From contig OX597831.1 of the NCBI GenBank assembly GCA_951406725.2, positions 32,488,001 to 32,552,000 on the forward strand: 64,000 bases of DNA. Direction: 5' to 3'. The notes under the pieces are model-generated. The model did no database searches and was not told the origin of the DNA. It was given only the letters and a program-made list of their open reading frames with translations. Position numbers and translations under genes: made by a program. Shown here in pieces: positions 51,902 to 64,000 of the stretch (position 1 is its first letter; every line of letters begins with the position of its first letter). This DNA comes from Octopus vulgaris. Taxonomy: Eukaryota.

Positions 51902-54235
51902 AACATACAAACGTACATAAAAAATGGCCCAGGCCAGACGTGAAATGTGGGTCCCTATTTCAATTGTTAATGGGCTACACGTGGACCGTAAGCTACATTT
52001 CGAACTGCTTAATAAATATTTTAGTAATCAGTGTTAAATACATAATTATGCAACTGTTACTTAATTATGGGATATAGTTTTGCCTCTCCATTTGAGAGAA
52101 AAGAGCCCCCTCAGAATTGAAGGTTAACCATTCCAAGTGTGCTTCATCTTAGTTTTATAAAATATATACATATATATATATATATATGTGTGTGTGTATA
52201 TATATATATACACATACATTAAATTACATTATATTATATTATGTCTATTTATGTCTTAAAGTTGATGAATATCACCCCTTGATCCCCTCCATTTTCTTAT
52301 TGCTGTATAAATTAAGGGTAAAACAACTTTTTACCCTCACCCATTTATTACATTCAGTAGTGTAATTGCCATGCAATAAAAAAAAACCCCTTGTGTATTA
52401 ATAATTGGGTATTTCTACCAGCAGTATATTGGCTAGATATTATCCCTTAGTTGGTTGAGTTCACAACCTCTAACTCTTGGAATTAATATATATATATATA
52501 TATATATAACAGGCTTCTCTCAGTTTCTGTCTACCAAATCCACTCACAAGGCTTTGGTCAGCCCGAGGCTATAGTAGAAGACACTTGCCCAAAGTGCCAC
52601 GAAGTGGGACTGAACCCGGAACCATGTAGTTGAGAAGCAAGCTATTTACCACACAGCCACTCCTGTCCCTATACATATATTATTCAAATTTACAGAAAAC
52701 AAAAGACGAAGTGGTTGGCGTTAGGAAGGGCATCCAGCTGTAGAAACTCTTGCCAGATCAAGACTGGAGCCTGGTGCAGCCATCTGGTTCGCCAGCCCTC
52801 AGTCAAAACCGTCCAACCCATGCTAGCATGGAAAACGGACGTTAAACGATGATGGTAATGATGATGATATATTCACTGTTTAATGTCCACTTTTTGATGG
52901 TTGCATGCATCAGATGGAATTTTCTTGTGGTTGATTTTCTACGGATGGATGTCCTTCCTGTCACCAACCCTTGCCTATTTCCAAGCATGACGGTATTTCC
53001 AATATTTCCCCATAGCCGGACATTGTTTTTCATGGAAGACTGGAAGTGAACAACATCACTTGCATGAAGGTGATGCTTGCTTGCAATCATCGCGATGTCA
53101 AGACATGTCCACACCTGAACACATACATATCTAACAGGCTTCTTTCAGTTTCCATCTACCAAATTCACTCAAGGCTTTGGTTGGTGTGGGGATATATTAG
53201 AACACACTCAAAGTGCCATGTAGTGAGACAGAACCCATGACCACATGGTTGGGAATATTTATGTGAGTGTATGTATATATGTGTACACACACACACACAT
53301 ATATAAATACACACATATAGTATGTATTCCATTCTTCCCAAGCATTAAACTAATGCATCTGCTTGTTCCAACACCTGTCTTCGTCTTTTGTTTTCTGTAA
53401 ATTTGACAAGAAACAAATGAAGTAAAAGGGAAAATTATGTAGTGGCTGTGTGGTAAGTAGCTTGCTTCCCAATCACATGGTTCCGGGTTCAACCCCACTT
53501 CGTGGCACTTTGGGCAAGTGTCTTCTACTATAGCCTTGGGCCGACCAAAGCCTTGTGAGTGGATTTGGTTGACAGAAACTGAAAGAAGCCCGTTGTATAT
53601 GTATATATATATATATATATAATTCCAAGAGAGTTAGAGGTTGTGAATCCAACCAACTAAGGGATAATATCTATCCAATATACTGCTGGTAGAAATACCC
53701 AATTATTAATACACAAGTGTTTTTTTCATTGCATGGCAATTACACTACTGAATGTAATAAATGGGTGAGGATAAAAAGTTGTTTTACCTTTAATTTATAC
53801 AGCAATAAGAAAATGGAGGGGATCAAGAGATGGTATTCATCAACTTATAGGCATAAATAAATAGACATAATATAATGTCCTAAAAGTTGATGAATACCAC
53901 CTCCATTGATCCCCTCCATTTTCTTATTGCCGTATATATATATATATATATCATCATCATCATCATCGTTTAACGTCCGTTTTCCATGCTAGCATGGGTT
54001 GGACGGTTCAACCGGGGATCTGGGAAGCCAGAAGGCTGCACCAGGCTCCGGTCTTATCTGGCAATGTTTCTACAGCTGGATGCCCTTCCTAACGCCAACC
54101 ACTCCGTGAGTGTAGTGGGTGCTTTACGTGCCACCTGCACTGGAGCCAGGCGAGGCTGGCATCGGCCACGGGCGGATTGGTGCATTTTACGTGCCACCTG
54201 CACGGAAGCCAGTCGAGGCTCATATATATATATAT

Positions 54236-55413
54236 ATTAAACACTGAAAATGCTCAGAGACCAACTACCGCCACATTCCAGGGAGAAAAACTAGAAATTG
54301 TTGATAGCTTCCGTTACCTAGGTGATCAAGTTAGTAGCAGGGGTGGGTGTGCTAAAAGTGTAACTGCTTGAATAAGAACAGCCTGGGCAAAGTTCAGAGG
54401 GCTCTTACCTCTGCTGGTGACAAAAGGCCTCTCGCTCAGAATAAAAAGCAGACTGTATGACGCATGTGTATGAACAACTATGCTACATGGCAGTGAAACT
54501 TGGGCCGTGACTGCTGAGAACATGCGTAAGCTCGCAAGAAATGAAGCCAGTATGCTCCGATGGATGTGTAATATCAGTGTTCATACTCGACAGAGTGTAA
54601 GTACCTTGAGAGAAAAGTTGGACCTAAGAAGCATCAGTCATGGTGTGCAAGAGAGACGTTTGCGCTGGTATGGTCATGTAGCGAGAATGGATGAAGATAG
54701 TTGTGTGAAGAAGTGCCACACCCTAGCGGTTGAGAGAACCTGTGGAAGAGGTAGACCCAGGAAAACCTGGGATGAGGTGGTGAAGCACGACCTTCGAACA
54801 TTAGGTCTCACCGATGAAATGACCAGAGAACGAGACCTTTGGAAGTATGGCTGTGCGTGGGAAGACCCGGCAGGACAAGTGAGACCATAACCCGTGGCCT
54901 CTACCTGGGACGTAGCCAGCCCATTTATGCATACCTTTCCTTCTTGTGACACAAACCCTACTTGTGAAGACCTGTTGAGGCAAGTGAAAAGGAAAATCGA
55001 AATCGATCAACATCAATGGAAATTGTAGCTGTGATACCAGTGCCGATGGCATGTAAGAGAACCATCCGAACATACATTGCCAGCGCCGCCCTGACTGGCC
55101 TCCGCCGGTGGCATGTAAAATGCACCATCCGATTGTGGCCATTGCCAGCCTCGTCTGGCCCCCATGCCGGTGGTACGCAAAAAGCACCATCCGATCGTGG
55201 CCGTTTGCCCTCGTTTGGCATCTGTCCAGGTGGCACGTAAAAAGCACCCATTACACTCACGGAGTGGTTGGCGTTAGGAAGGGCATCCAGCCGTAGAAAC
55301 ACTGCCAGATCAGACTGGGCCTGGCGCAGCCTTCTGGCTTCCCAGACCCCAGTTGAACTGTCCAAACCCATGCTAGCATGGAAAACGGATATTAAACGAT
55401 GATGATGATGATG
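54236..55413 (+). mobile_element. RTE LINE 3' fragment in TRMT1L intron 1
   Basis: Near-identical to 8820-9795: FRYLGDQ, MLHGSETW, RLRWYGHV, GRGRPRKTW, with premature TGA stops. Confidence 0.9.
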
Positions 55414-55727
55414 TATGTATATGTTCGTGTGTCTGTGTTTGTCCCCCACAGCCCAACATCGCTTGACAACTGATGCTGGTGTGTTTACGTTTCCATTGCT
55501 TAGCAGTTCAGCAAGAGAGACTGATAGAATAAGTACTAAGCTTACAAAGAATAAGTCCTGGAGTCAGTTTGCTCGACTAAAGGCGGTGCTCCAGCATGGC
55601 TGCAGTCAAATAACTGAAACAAATAAAAGAAAATGTATAACTATATATAATATGTAGATTGGGTAATAATAGCAAGCTGTGTCCTCATGAATTGAATCAG
55701 CTTATTCCAGTCCTCCAAAATTGTATG

Positions 55728-57579
55728 TAGGGTTGTCTGGAAAGTTCATGCTGATTTTTAAAGGAAAGAAATAGGTCAATAAATACTTGCCATTACATTT
55801 TTAATCAACCAAATATGAACCATTTTGTTGCACAATGCGTCTCCATCTTTCCTTTAACTTGAAAATACACAGGCGTAGGAGTGGCTGTGTGGTATGTAGC
55901 TTGCTTACGAACCACATGGTTCTGGGTTCAGTCCCACTGTGTGGCACCTTGGGTAAGTGTCTTCTACTATAGCCTCGGGCCGACCAAAGCCTTGTGAGTG
56001 GATTTGGTAGACGGAAACTGAAAGAAGCCCGTCGTATATATGTATATATATGTATGTGCGTGTTTGTGTGTCTATGTTTGTCCCCCCAACATCGCTTGAC
56101 AACCGATGCTGGTGTGTTTACGTCCCTGTAACTTAGCAGTTCGGCAAAAAAGAGACCAATAAGAATAAGTCCTGGGGTCGATTTGATTGACTAAAGGCGG
56201 TGCTCCAGCATGGCCCCAGTCATATGACTGAAACAAGTAAAAGAGTAAGAGCTTCCCAGAATTGAGGTGGTTTCATGGCAAAGAATTCATCAAGGTCTCT
56301 TTTTACGTCATCCAAGGAATTGAAATTTTTACCATTAAGAGTATTCTGCAGAGACCTGAATAAGGAGCAATATCTGGTGTATATGGAGGGTGGGTTAACA
56401 CATCCCAGCCGAGCTGCAGCAATTTTTGTCTGGTTCCCAAAGAAACGTGCGGTCTTGCATAATGTTGGAAAACAACACCCTTTTGGCCAATTCTGGACGT
56501 TTCTCTTGAATTGCTGCTTTTAACTCGTCCAGTTGTGTGCAGTATTTCTCAGAATTAATTGTCTGGTTACTTGGGAGAAGCTCATAGTACTGAATTCCTT
56601 TCCAATCCCACCAGACACAAAGCAAGACTTTTTTAGGGTGAAGACCCACTTTTGGGGTGACTAAGGGTAGCTCATGTCGCTTACTCCAGGATCGCTTTCT
56701 CTGAACATTTCGGTAGATAATCCCTTTCTCATCACCTGTCACAATTTGCTTTAACCCATTGGTGTTTAAGCCGGCCATATCCGGCCCAAATATCCTACAT
56801 GTTTTTACATTCAAACTGGCCATATTTAGCCTCTCACATTCTCTTGACATTCTAAGAATAAACTATCATACCATTGAAACTTCAAAGCTATAAGATAATG
56901 TATGATTAATTCAAAACGATTTGAGTGAAAAAAGTCTTACATTTAACAGAGTAATCTGAACACTAAAGGGTTAAAAAAGGCGTGTTTTCATTCTGTTTAT
57001 AAAGTGAATCACAGACAGAAAGGTTCTTCTCACTCAACTCATGTGGTATCCAAACATTGTTGCGATTTGTGTACCCAAGCTTTACCAGGTGCTCATGAAC
57101 AACGGATTTTGATAGATTGAGGCTTTCTGCCAATTCTTGGGTTGTGCAATGTGGGTTATTCTCAATTAATGACTTGATTTGGTCATCATCTGTAGTGGAT
57201 GGTCTGCCTGATCGCTCTTTATCAATAAGGCTGCAATCTCTTGCTTGGAACCTTGTGAACCACTTCCGTACAGTTCTTTCAAATAAAGAAACATCACCGT
57301 AAACTGCGCATATTTCTTTGGTTGCTTGTGAGGCATTTTTTCCTTTACGGAAAAAGAAAAGCATCAAGTGCCGAAAATTATCTTTCTTATTTTCCATTTT
57401 AAAGGGTTACAGAATTAACACAGGTTATAGGAACATAAACCTTCTTCTTCAAAAAGATAGCTTAAACTGTGCTCTAAATGGAGGTGTAGTCAAATCATAT
57501 TTTATAGACTCAAACATGTTCTAAACTAAGTCGAAAGGTAAGCTTCTATAAATCAGTACGAACTTTCCAGACAACCCAA
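55728..57579 (-). mobile_element. Mariner transposon, near full length and decayed, with nested insertions
   Basis: About 30-bp TIRs (gggttgtctggaaagttc...tgattt). Transposase pieces at 57397-56975 and 56750-56330 carry an HTH, RSGRP, WIPHEL, IVTGDEK, LLCVWWDWKG and PYTPDIAP; frameshifted. Confidence 0.92.
56755..56970. mobile_element. TTAA-specific (piggyBac-like) MITE inserted in the mariner ORF; relatives at about 26543-26710 and 29590-29790
   Basis: TTAA-CCC...GGG-TTAA ends (duplication at 56751-56754 and 56971-56974); removing it restores TPFLKQIVTGDEK. Confidence 0.85.
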
Positions 57580-58462
57580 TATTCGTGTGAGCCGTGTATA
57601 AAGAGTTGAAAAATAGTGGGAAATAGCTTTCTGCAGAATAATTACATATCAAGGAAAGGGATTGGAAAAAGATTTTGGTATTATTCACCCTTATATGTGT
57701 TCCATTTGTTGATAGGAATCACAAAATTGTACATGCTGGAGAAACATGTAAGAAATTTCCTTTTAGAAATTCTACAGAGAACCAACTAATACATCATTTG
57801 ATCCTGTGTCTGAGAGGAAATATCTTACATGTTTTCTACATGTTCAGTTTTGTAATTCTTATTTGCAAACGAGACCTGAGTAATGGTGAATAAATAATGG
57901 CAAAAATTTCTGTCACTTATATTATGATTTTCGAACCTCAAGGATACACCCTGGCACTTCTGGCAAGGCATCTCTCCCTCTCCATCTGTTATTCTTTTGA
58001 CCTCACATCAACTGGCATGAATCCATCTCCTTCAATACTACCCAACCTCGGTTGAGGGACTTTCTGCAAGGTGCTTGGTGACCCTGATGGTGCTGGTGCT
58101 ACAAAATAAAGCACCCGGTACACTTTTGTAAAAGATCAGAGCTTGGTGTCGTCTCCTACTTGCCAGTTCTTGTCAAACCATCCAACTCATGCCATGTCAG
58201 CATGGAAAGCAGATGTTAAATGATGTGACAATGATGATACACACACATATACACACGTGCGTGCACACACACACACAAAAATGAAGTTTGCGGAGCCATT
58301 TTGCTCCTGCTGCTGTTGCCAGATGTCAGTATACAATGGTTGCTACGTCTGATTCTGTTGATGCTAAATCCTTGTTTCTCTATAATTACTGTTTGTTAAT
58401 TAACATGTAACAATGATCTACATTCCAAACTGTAATATCTCTTTATTCTTTTTCTGTTGCAG

Positions 58463-58551
58463 AGAATTTGTCTTTTGTACACTAGGAACATTCTGCTCTC
58501 AGCGTGATATTGGTTCACCTCCCGCCTGCCTTGATGCTCTTGGTGGCTCTG
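58463..58551 (+). CDS. TRMT1L: TRMT1L-like coding exon 2 (SAM-binding motif I)
   Basis: Acceptor ctttttctgttgcAG, donor GTAAGA; 89 nt, phase 2 matching exon 1. Encodes (R)EFVFCTLGTFCSQRDIGSPPACLDALGGS(G), cf. RQLIFCTL...CLDAFGATG of TRMT1L. No later exon was found inside the window. Confidence 0.85.
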
Positions 58552-60159
58552 GTAAGATTGCTGATTTCTTCCTCCTTTCCATCAGTATCATTGTTTTTAT
58601 GTCTACTTTCTATGCTGGCATGGGTTGGGGGAGTTGTGGTAGTCTGTGTTTCTTTTGTATGTTCTACTTTTGACTCTGTTTCTACACCTTCATGCTTTCC
58701 CTATCACCAAACACTTTACACAATATACCAGTTGTATTTTATCAGACTGCGAGCGTTAGAGTGGTTGTAATATTCCTGAATGGTCTAAAGGGTTTCTCTT
58801 GACCCCTACATTATTTTTGATCATTTACTAACCAATTTACAGAGTGTACTGGGTGCATAATATGATAGCACCAAACTTAGAGAAGTTGTCATGTTTTTGG
58901 ACAGACTAAAAAGTCTTTTAGACCCCTACATTAATTCTTGTTTTTTATCAACCCCTTTACAGAGTGCACTGGTTGTATTTAACTGTGGCACCAAATTTGA
59001 AACACCTTGGATGTCTTACCAGCATTTACCAAACCTTCACCAACTCTTTGCCTATTGGATGAACTGGTCACATCCTAATTATGCCCCTCGCCCCTACACA
59101 TTTGCATATTACACTTTCAATCTGCATGGCGCTTCAGTTTAGCTAAATGGTCAGAACCCCATCGATTCTTTATTGTATGTTAAGTCTCTGTTAGCAAATG
59201 ACTTTGAGTGTTTCACTTTTGACCCATCTGTGTCAGGCAAATTAACAACTGGAACCATTGCCTTAGACATGTTCCTTCACATACTTCATGCAGCCAACGC
59301 TCACATCTCAAACTCACCCCAGTGATTCAGACACAGTTGGGCTGCACCAAGGTTAAAAATGGACCCTACCACAGTTGGGAAAACTCTGAGAAAATTACTC
59401 ATTCATTTTGGAACTGGGTGGCTTCATCATCATCATCATCGTTTAACGTCCGTTTTCCATACTAGCATGGGTTGGACGATTTTGACTGAGGGCTGGCAAC
59501 CAGATGGCTGCACCAGGCTCCAATCTGATCTGGCAGAGTTTCTACTGCTGGATGCCCTTCCTAACGCCACTCCGAGAGTGTAGTGGGTGCTTTTTACGTG
59601 CCACCTGCACGGGGGCCAGTCAGGTGGTACTGGCAATGACCTCGCTCGAATCTTTTTACACATGCCATTGCCACAGGTGCCAGTGAAGCGACGTTGGTAA
59701 CGATCACGCTCGAATGTTGCCCTTTTACGTGCCACGGGTACAGAAGCCAGTTGGCTGCTCTGGCAACGATCACGCTCGGATGGTGCTCTTGGCACCCTAC
59801 TAGCACAGGCATAAGTGCCAGTAAGGCGACGCTGGTAACGATCATACTCGAATAGCCGCTCTGTCAACGATCACACTCGTATGGTGCTTCTATCCATGAT
59901 TGTAGTATCTCAAAGTATATCTGCCAAAAATCACGGCATGTCTTCTTTACATTTCTTGCCAGCACTTCTGACTTGCCTCAAACTGCAGCTGGTTTTTATT
60001 GCTTTTCTTCCCTTACTGAATTTGTGAAATACGTCTGGCTGCCGCTCCTCTCTTGCAAAAAAAAAAAACTTCTTTATTTCATTTACTTCTCTTGTTGCTG
60101 GTGCCATGCAGAAAAAGTACCTGTGATGGCACTACTATTGAGTCATACCACTCCCCCCC

Positions 60160-60360
60160 TCTTTCTTCTTCTTCTTCTTCGTCTTCTTCTGTCTTCTGCT
60201 GTCTTCTTCTGTCTTCTTCTTCTTCTTCTTCTGTCTTCTTCTTCTTCTGTCTTCTGTCTTCTTCTTCTGTCTTCTTCTTCTGTCTTCTTCTTCTTCTTCT
60301 TCCTTCTTCTTCTTCTTCTTCTTCTGTCTTCTTCTTTTTCTCCTCCTTCTCCTTCTCCTC
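60160..60360. repeat. (CTT)n/(CTGT)-interrupted polypyrimidine microsatellite
   Basis: Direct reading of the sequence. Confidence 0.95.
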
Positions 60361-61667
60361 GGCTGCTGCTGATTAAACTTCAGAACCAACATTTCTCTGC
60401 CCCCATAAACACTATTTCTTCAGATCTGCTACTACCTATGCAGCCTTCACAAAGGAAAAAAGAGAGAGAGACAGAAAAAAAAGGAAACTGTCCTACCTAT
60501 TTAAAGACCATGGAAATATTTGCTAACCATTTCATTTGATTTTTTTTCAATTCAATTGCGTTTCCTGTTTTACTCTTAATTGAAAATGTGGAAAAGACTG
60601 AAACCGGCACAAAATGTATTTCATGATAAAATTATTTTAGCATTTTCTACCTTGTCTTATTTTTCTTATACATATCTTATACGTAGCCGTTGCCAGCGCC
60701 ACCCCTACTGGCCTCCGTGCCGGTGGCACGTAAAAGCACCATCCGTTCGTGTCCGTTGCCAGCCTCGCCTGGCTCCGTGACGGTTGCACGTAAAAGCACC
60801 ATCCGTTCGTGGCCGTTTGCCAGCTCCGTCTGGCACCTGTGCAGGTGGCACGTAAAAAGCACCCACTACACTCACGGAGTGGTTGGCGTTAGGAAGGGCA
60901 TCCAGCCGTAGAATCATTGCCAGATCAGACTGAGCCTGATGCAGCCTTCTGGCTTCATGACCCCAGTTGAACAGTCCAACCCATGCTAGTATGGAAAGCG
61001 GACGCTAAATGATGATGATGATATCAACTCGTGTGTTATTTTTCAACCTTCTACACACGTGCATACACACACACACATATATTGGTGCAGGTGTGGCTGT
61101 GTGGTAAGAAGCTTGCTTCCCAACCACATGGTTCCAGGTTCAGTCCCACACTATGGCACTATGGGCAACTGTCCTCTTCTACTGCAGCTTCAGTATGATA
61201 GCTTAAATGACTGAAACTTCAAAGTCACTGTCAATAAGATTCTTGTTTAACAACAATAAATTTGTACTCTATAAAAGAATGGAGTAACCCATCAGATTAA
61301 TGTAAAGTTGTTTTTATCAGTATATATATGTGTGTGTGTGTGTGTGTATGTGTATATATATATATATGCCTCGCCTGGCCCCCGTGCCGGTGGTACGTAA
61401 AAAGCACCATCCGACCGTGGCCGTTTGCCAGCCCTGTCTGGCACCTGTGCCGGTGGCATGTAAAAAGCACCCACTACACTCACGGAGTGGTTGGCGTTAG
61501 GAAGGGCATCCAGCCGTAGAAACATTGCCAGATCAGACTGGGCCTGGTGCAGCCTTCTAGCTTCCCAGACCCCAGTTGAACCGTCCAACCCATGCTAGCA
61601 TGGAAAGCGGACGCTGAATGATGATGTTGATGATGATGATATGTATATATGTATATATAAATAAACA

Positions 61668-61716
<49 letters not shown>

Positions 61717-62264
61717 CGGGCTTCTTTCAGTCCACTCACAAGGCTTTGATTGCCCTGGGGCTATAGTAAAGGATACTTGCCCAGGGTGCCATGCAGTGGG
61801 ACTGAACCTAGAATCGTGTGGTGGGGAAGAAAATTTCTTACCACACATCTGTGTGCCTAAGACACAGTCTTAAAATAAGATGTGATGGTCATTATGGAAC
61901 ATCTTTGACCAATAGGCCTTGTTCAATCAGGACCTTCATTCATCATTGCTTCAACAATAAAAACAACAGGAAAGGCTATGTCTCACTGATTGCTGATGAG
62001 GTTAAAGTGACACCAAAACATGTCTGAAGTTGTCTTCCTTTGAAATATGAAATTGTTAGTCACTGACTTACTCTTTTACTTGTGTCAGTCATTTGACTGT
62101 GGCCATGCTGGAGCACCGCCTTTTAGTCAAGCAAATCGACCCCAGGACTTATTCGTTGGAAGCCTAGTACTTATTCTATTGGTCTCTTTTGCTGAACCGC
62201 TAAGTTACGGGGACATAGACACACCTGCATTGGTTGCCAAGCAATGTTGGGGGGACAAGCACAG

Positions 62265-62325
<61 letters not shown>

Positions 62326-62742
62326 TATTTATTTATGCGCCCTTTTCAAGCCTAGCCAGGCTCATGGGCCCGGTTTCCCGGTTTCTGTGGTGTATGTGTT
62401 CCCCCCCCCAGCTGGACGGGACGCCAGTCCATCGCAACGCTACTCAAGAAACAGGAAGAGAGAATGAGAGAAAGTTGTGGTGAATGAGTACAACAGGGGT
62501 CGCCACCACCCACTGCTGGAGCCTCGTGGAGCTTTAGGTGTTTTCGCTGAATAAACACACACTCTGCCAGATCAAGACTGGAGCTTGGTGCAGCCATCTG
62601 GTTCGCGAGCCCACAGTCAAACCGTCCAACCCATGCTAGCAAGGAAAGCGGACGTTAAACGACGATGATGATGCCCGGTCTGGGAATCGAAAACGCGATT
62701 CTCTGACCGCGAGCGCGAGTCCACTGCCCTAACCACTGGGCC

Positions 62743-62791
<49 letters not shown>

Positions 62792-63430
62792 CATATACGA
62801 CGACGGGCTTCTTTCAGTTTCCGTCTACCAAATCCACTCACAAGACTTTGGTCGAAGACACTTGCCCAAGGTGCCATCCAGTAGGACTGAACCCAGAGCC
62901 CTGTGGTTGGTAAGCAAGGTACTTACCACACAGCCACTCCTACATAATTTTCCCTTTTACTTCATTTGTTTCTTGTCTAGTTTCTTTTTAATTCCCCCAT
63001 GCATCAAAAGTTTCAGTAATAAAATGTATGTCAACAGTAACATCTGTCTGTCAGTTTGTCTGTCTGGTAGTCTTCATACCTGTATGCCTACCCACCTGTC
63101 TCTTCGCCTATCTGTGTATCTCAATTTAAGCTTCTTACTGCTCCTTTTATTTAGTTTATTACTATTATTTTCATTAATATATTCAACTATATATTTCTGC
63201 TCTGTTAATTAAATATATTCAAAATATCCTTACCCATATATATATATATATGTTATAATACAAAGGCATTAAACACATACACAATATGTGTTTGTATATA
63301 TATAACTATATGTGTGTGTTTTTGTTTTGCCTGTCCAACAAATATGGTCATACAGGGCGCCGTCCTATTGCCTGTTCATTTTAATATGTATGTATGTGTG
63401 TGTGTGTGTGTGTGCGTGTATGTATGTATG

Positions 63431-63468
<38 letters not shown>

Positions 63469-63771
63469 CATACACACACACATAAAAACACGTGCGGGCA
63501 CGTAATGTATGTGTGGTTTCCATGACTAAAATTAATAATTCAACGACCTTTATGCATGGATAGAAATAGTTTTTTATACATATATTTGTGTGTACATACG
63601 CATTGTTAATGTCTTCTACATATAGCTGCATAGACAATTATATTTGCATATATACACTCATACACGTTTGCTTAATCCATGTGCGTGTGTATGTATATAT
63701 ATATATCTTCCAGAGCACTTGTAGGGTATGTCCTTTCTATGATTTAAATATCTCTTCTCTGATATATATAT

Positions 63772-64000
63772 ATGCTGTGATTGAGAAGACCCGGCAAGAC
63801 TAGTGAGACCATAACCCGTGGCCTCTACCTGGTATGTAGCCTGTCGACTTATACATACCTTTCCTTCTTGGGACACAAAGCTCCACTTGTGAAGACCCGT
63901 TGAGGCAAGTGAAAATCAAAATCAAACCAAATCAAATCAGATATCAGAAAGCAGAACCAAAATCGAAGTCGATCAACATCAATGGAAATTGCAGCTGTGA
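63772..64000 (+). mobile_element. RTE LINE ORF end / 3' UTR fragment
   Basis: gagaagacccggca...ccataacccgtggcctctacctgg, shared with 9440-9610 and 54860-55030. Confidence 0.8.

Noticed and set aside
59973-60539. 188-aa Leu/Ser/Phe-rich ORF in a TRMT1L intron
   Set aside because: Driven by the (CTT)n tract and shows no similarity to the expected next TRMT1L segment.

Overview
Eukaryotic, AT-rich genomic DNA dense in microsatellites and transposons. The SINE/RTE repertoire suggests a coleoid cephalopod, most likely Octopus (inference). Three protein-coding loci are readable. (1) A + strand Tctex-type dynein light chain (TCTEX1D2/DYNLT2B-like) with four coding exons at 14598-20633; its first exon was not found. 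(2) A - strand 834-aa glutamine-rich ORF (37422-34918) with three LxxLL motifs. It is preceded in the same frame, beyond a single TGA, by a probably spliced upstream ORF built from phase-1 micro-exons. (3) The first two exons of a + strand TRMT1L-like tRNA methyltransferase (50707-58551), which continues beyond the window. The remainder is RTE LINE fragments, at least three tRNA-derived SINE families, two mariner/Tc1 remnants, several MITE/foldback elements and simple repeats. The most notable unexplained structures are the in-frame uORF-UGA-main ORF junction, at least six minimal type I hammerhead ribozyme motifs from several unrelated repeat families on both strands, and a composite inverted duplication in the TRMT1L intron. 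Most short ORFs in the supplied track are microsatellite or SINE artefacts.
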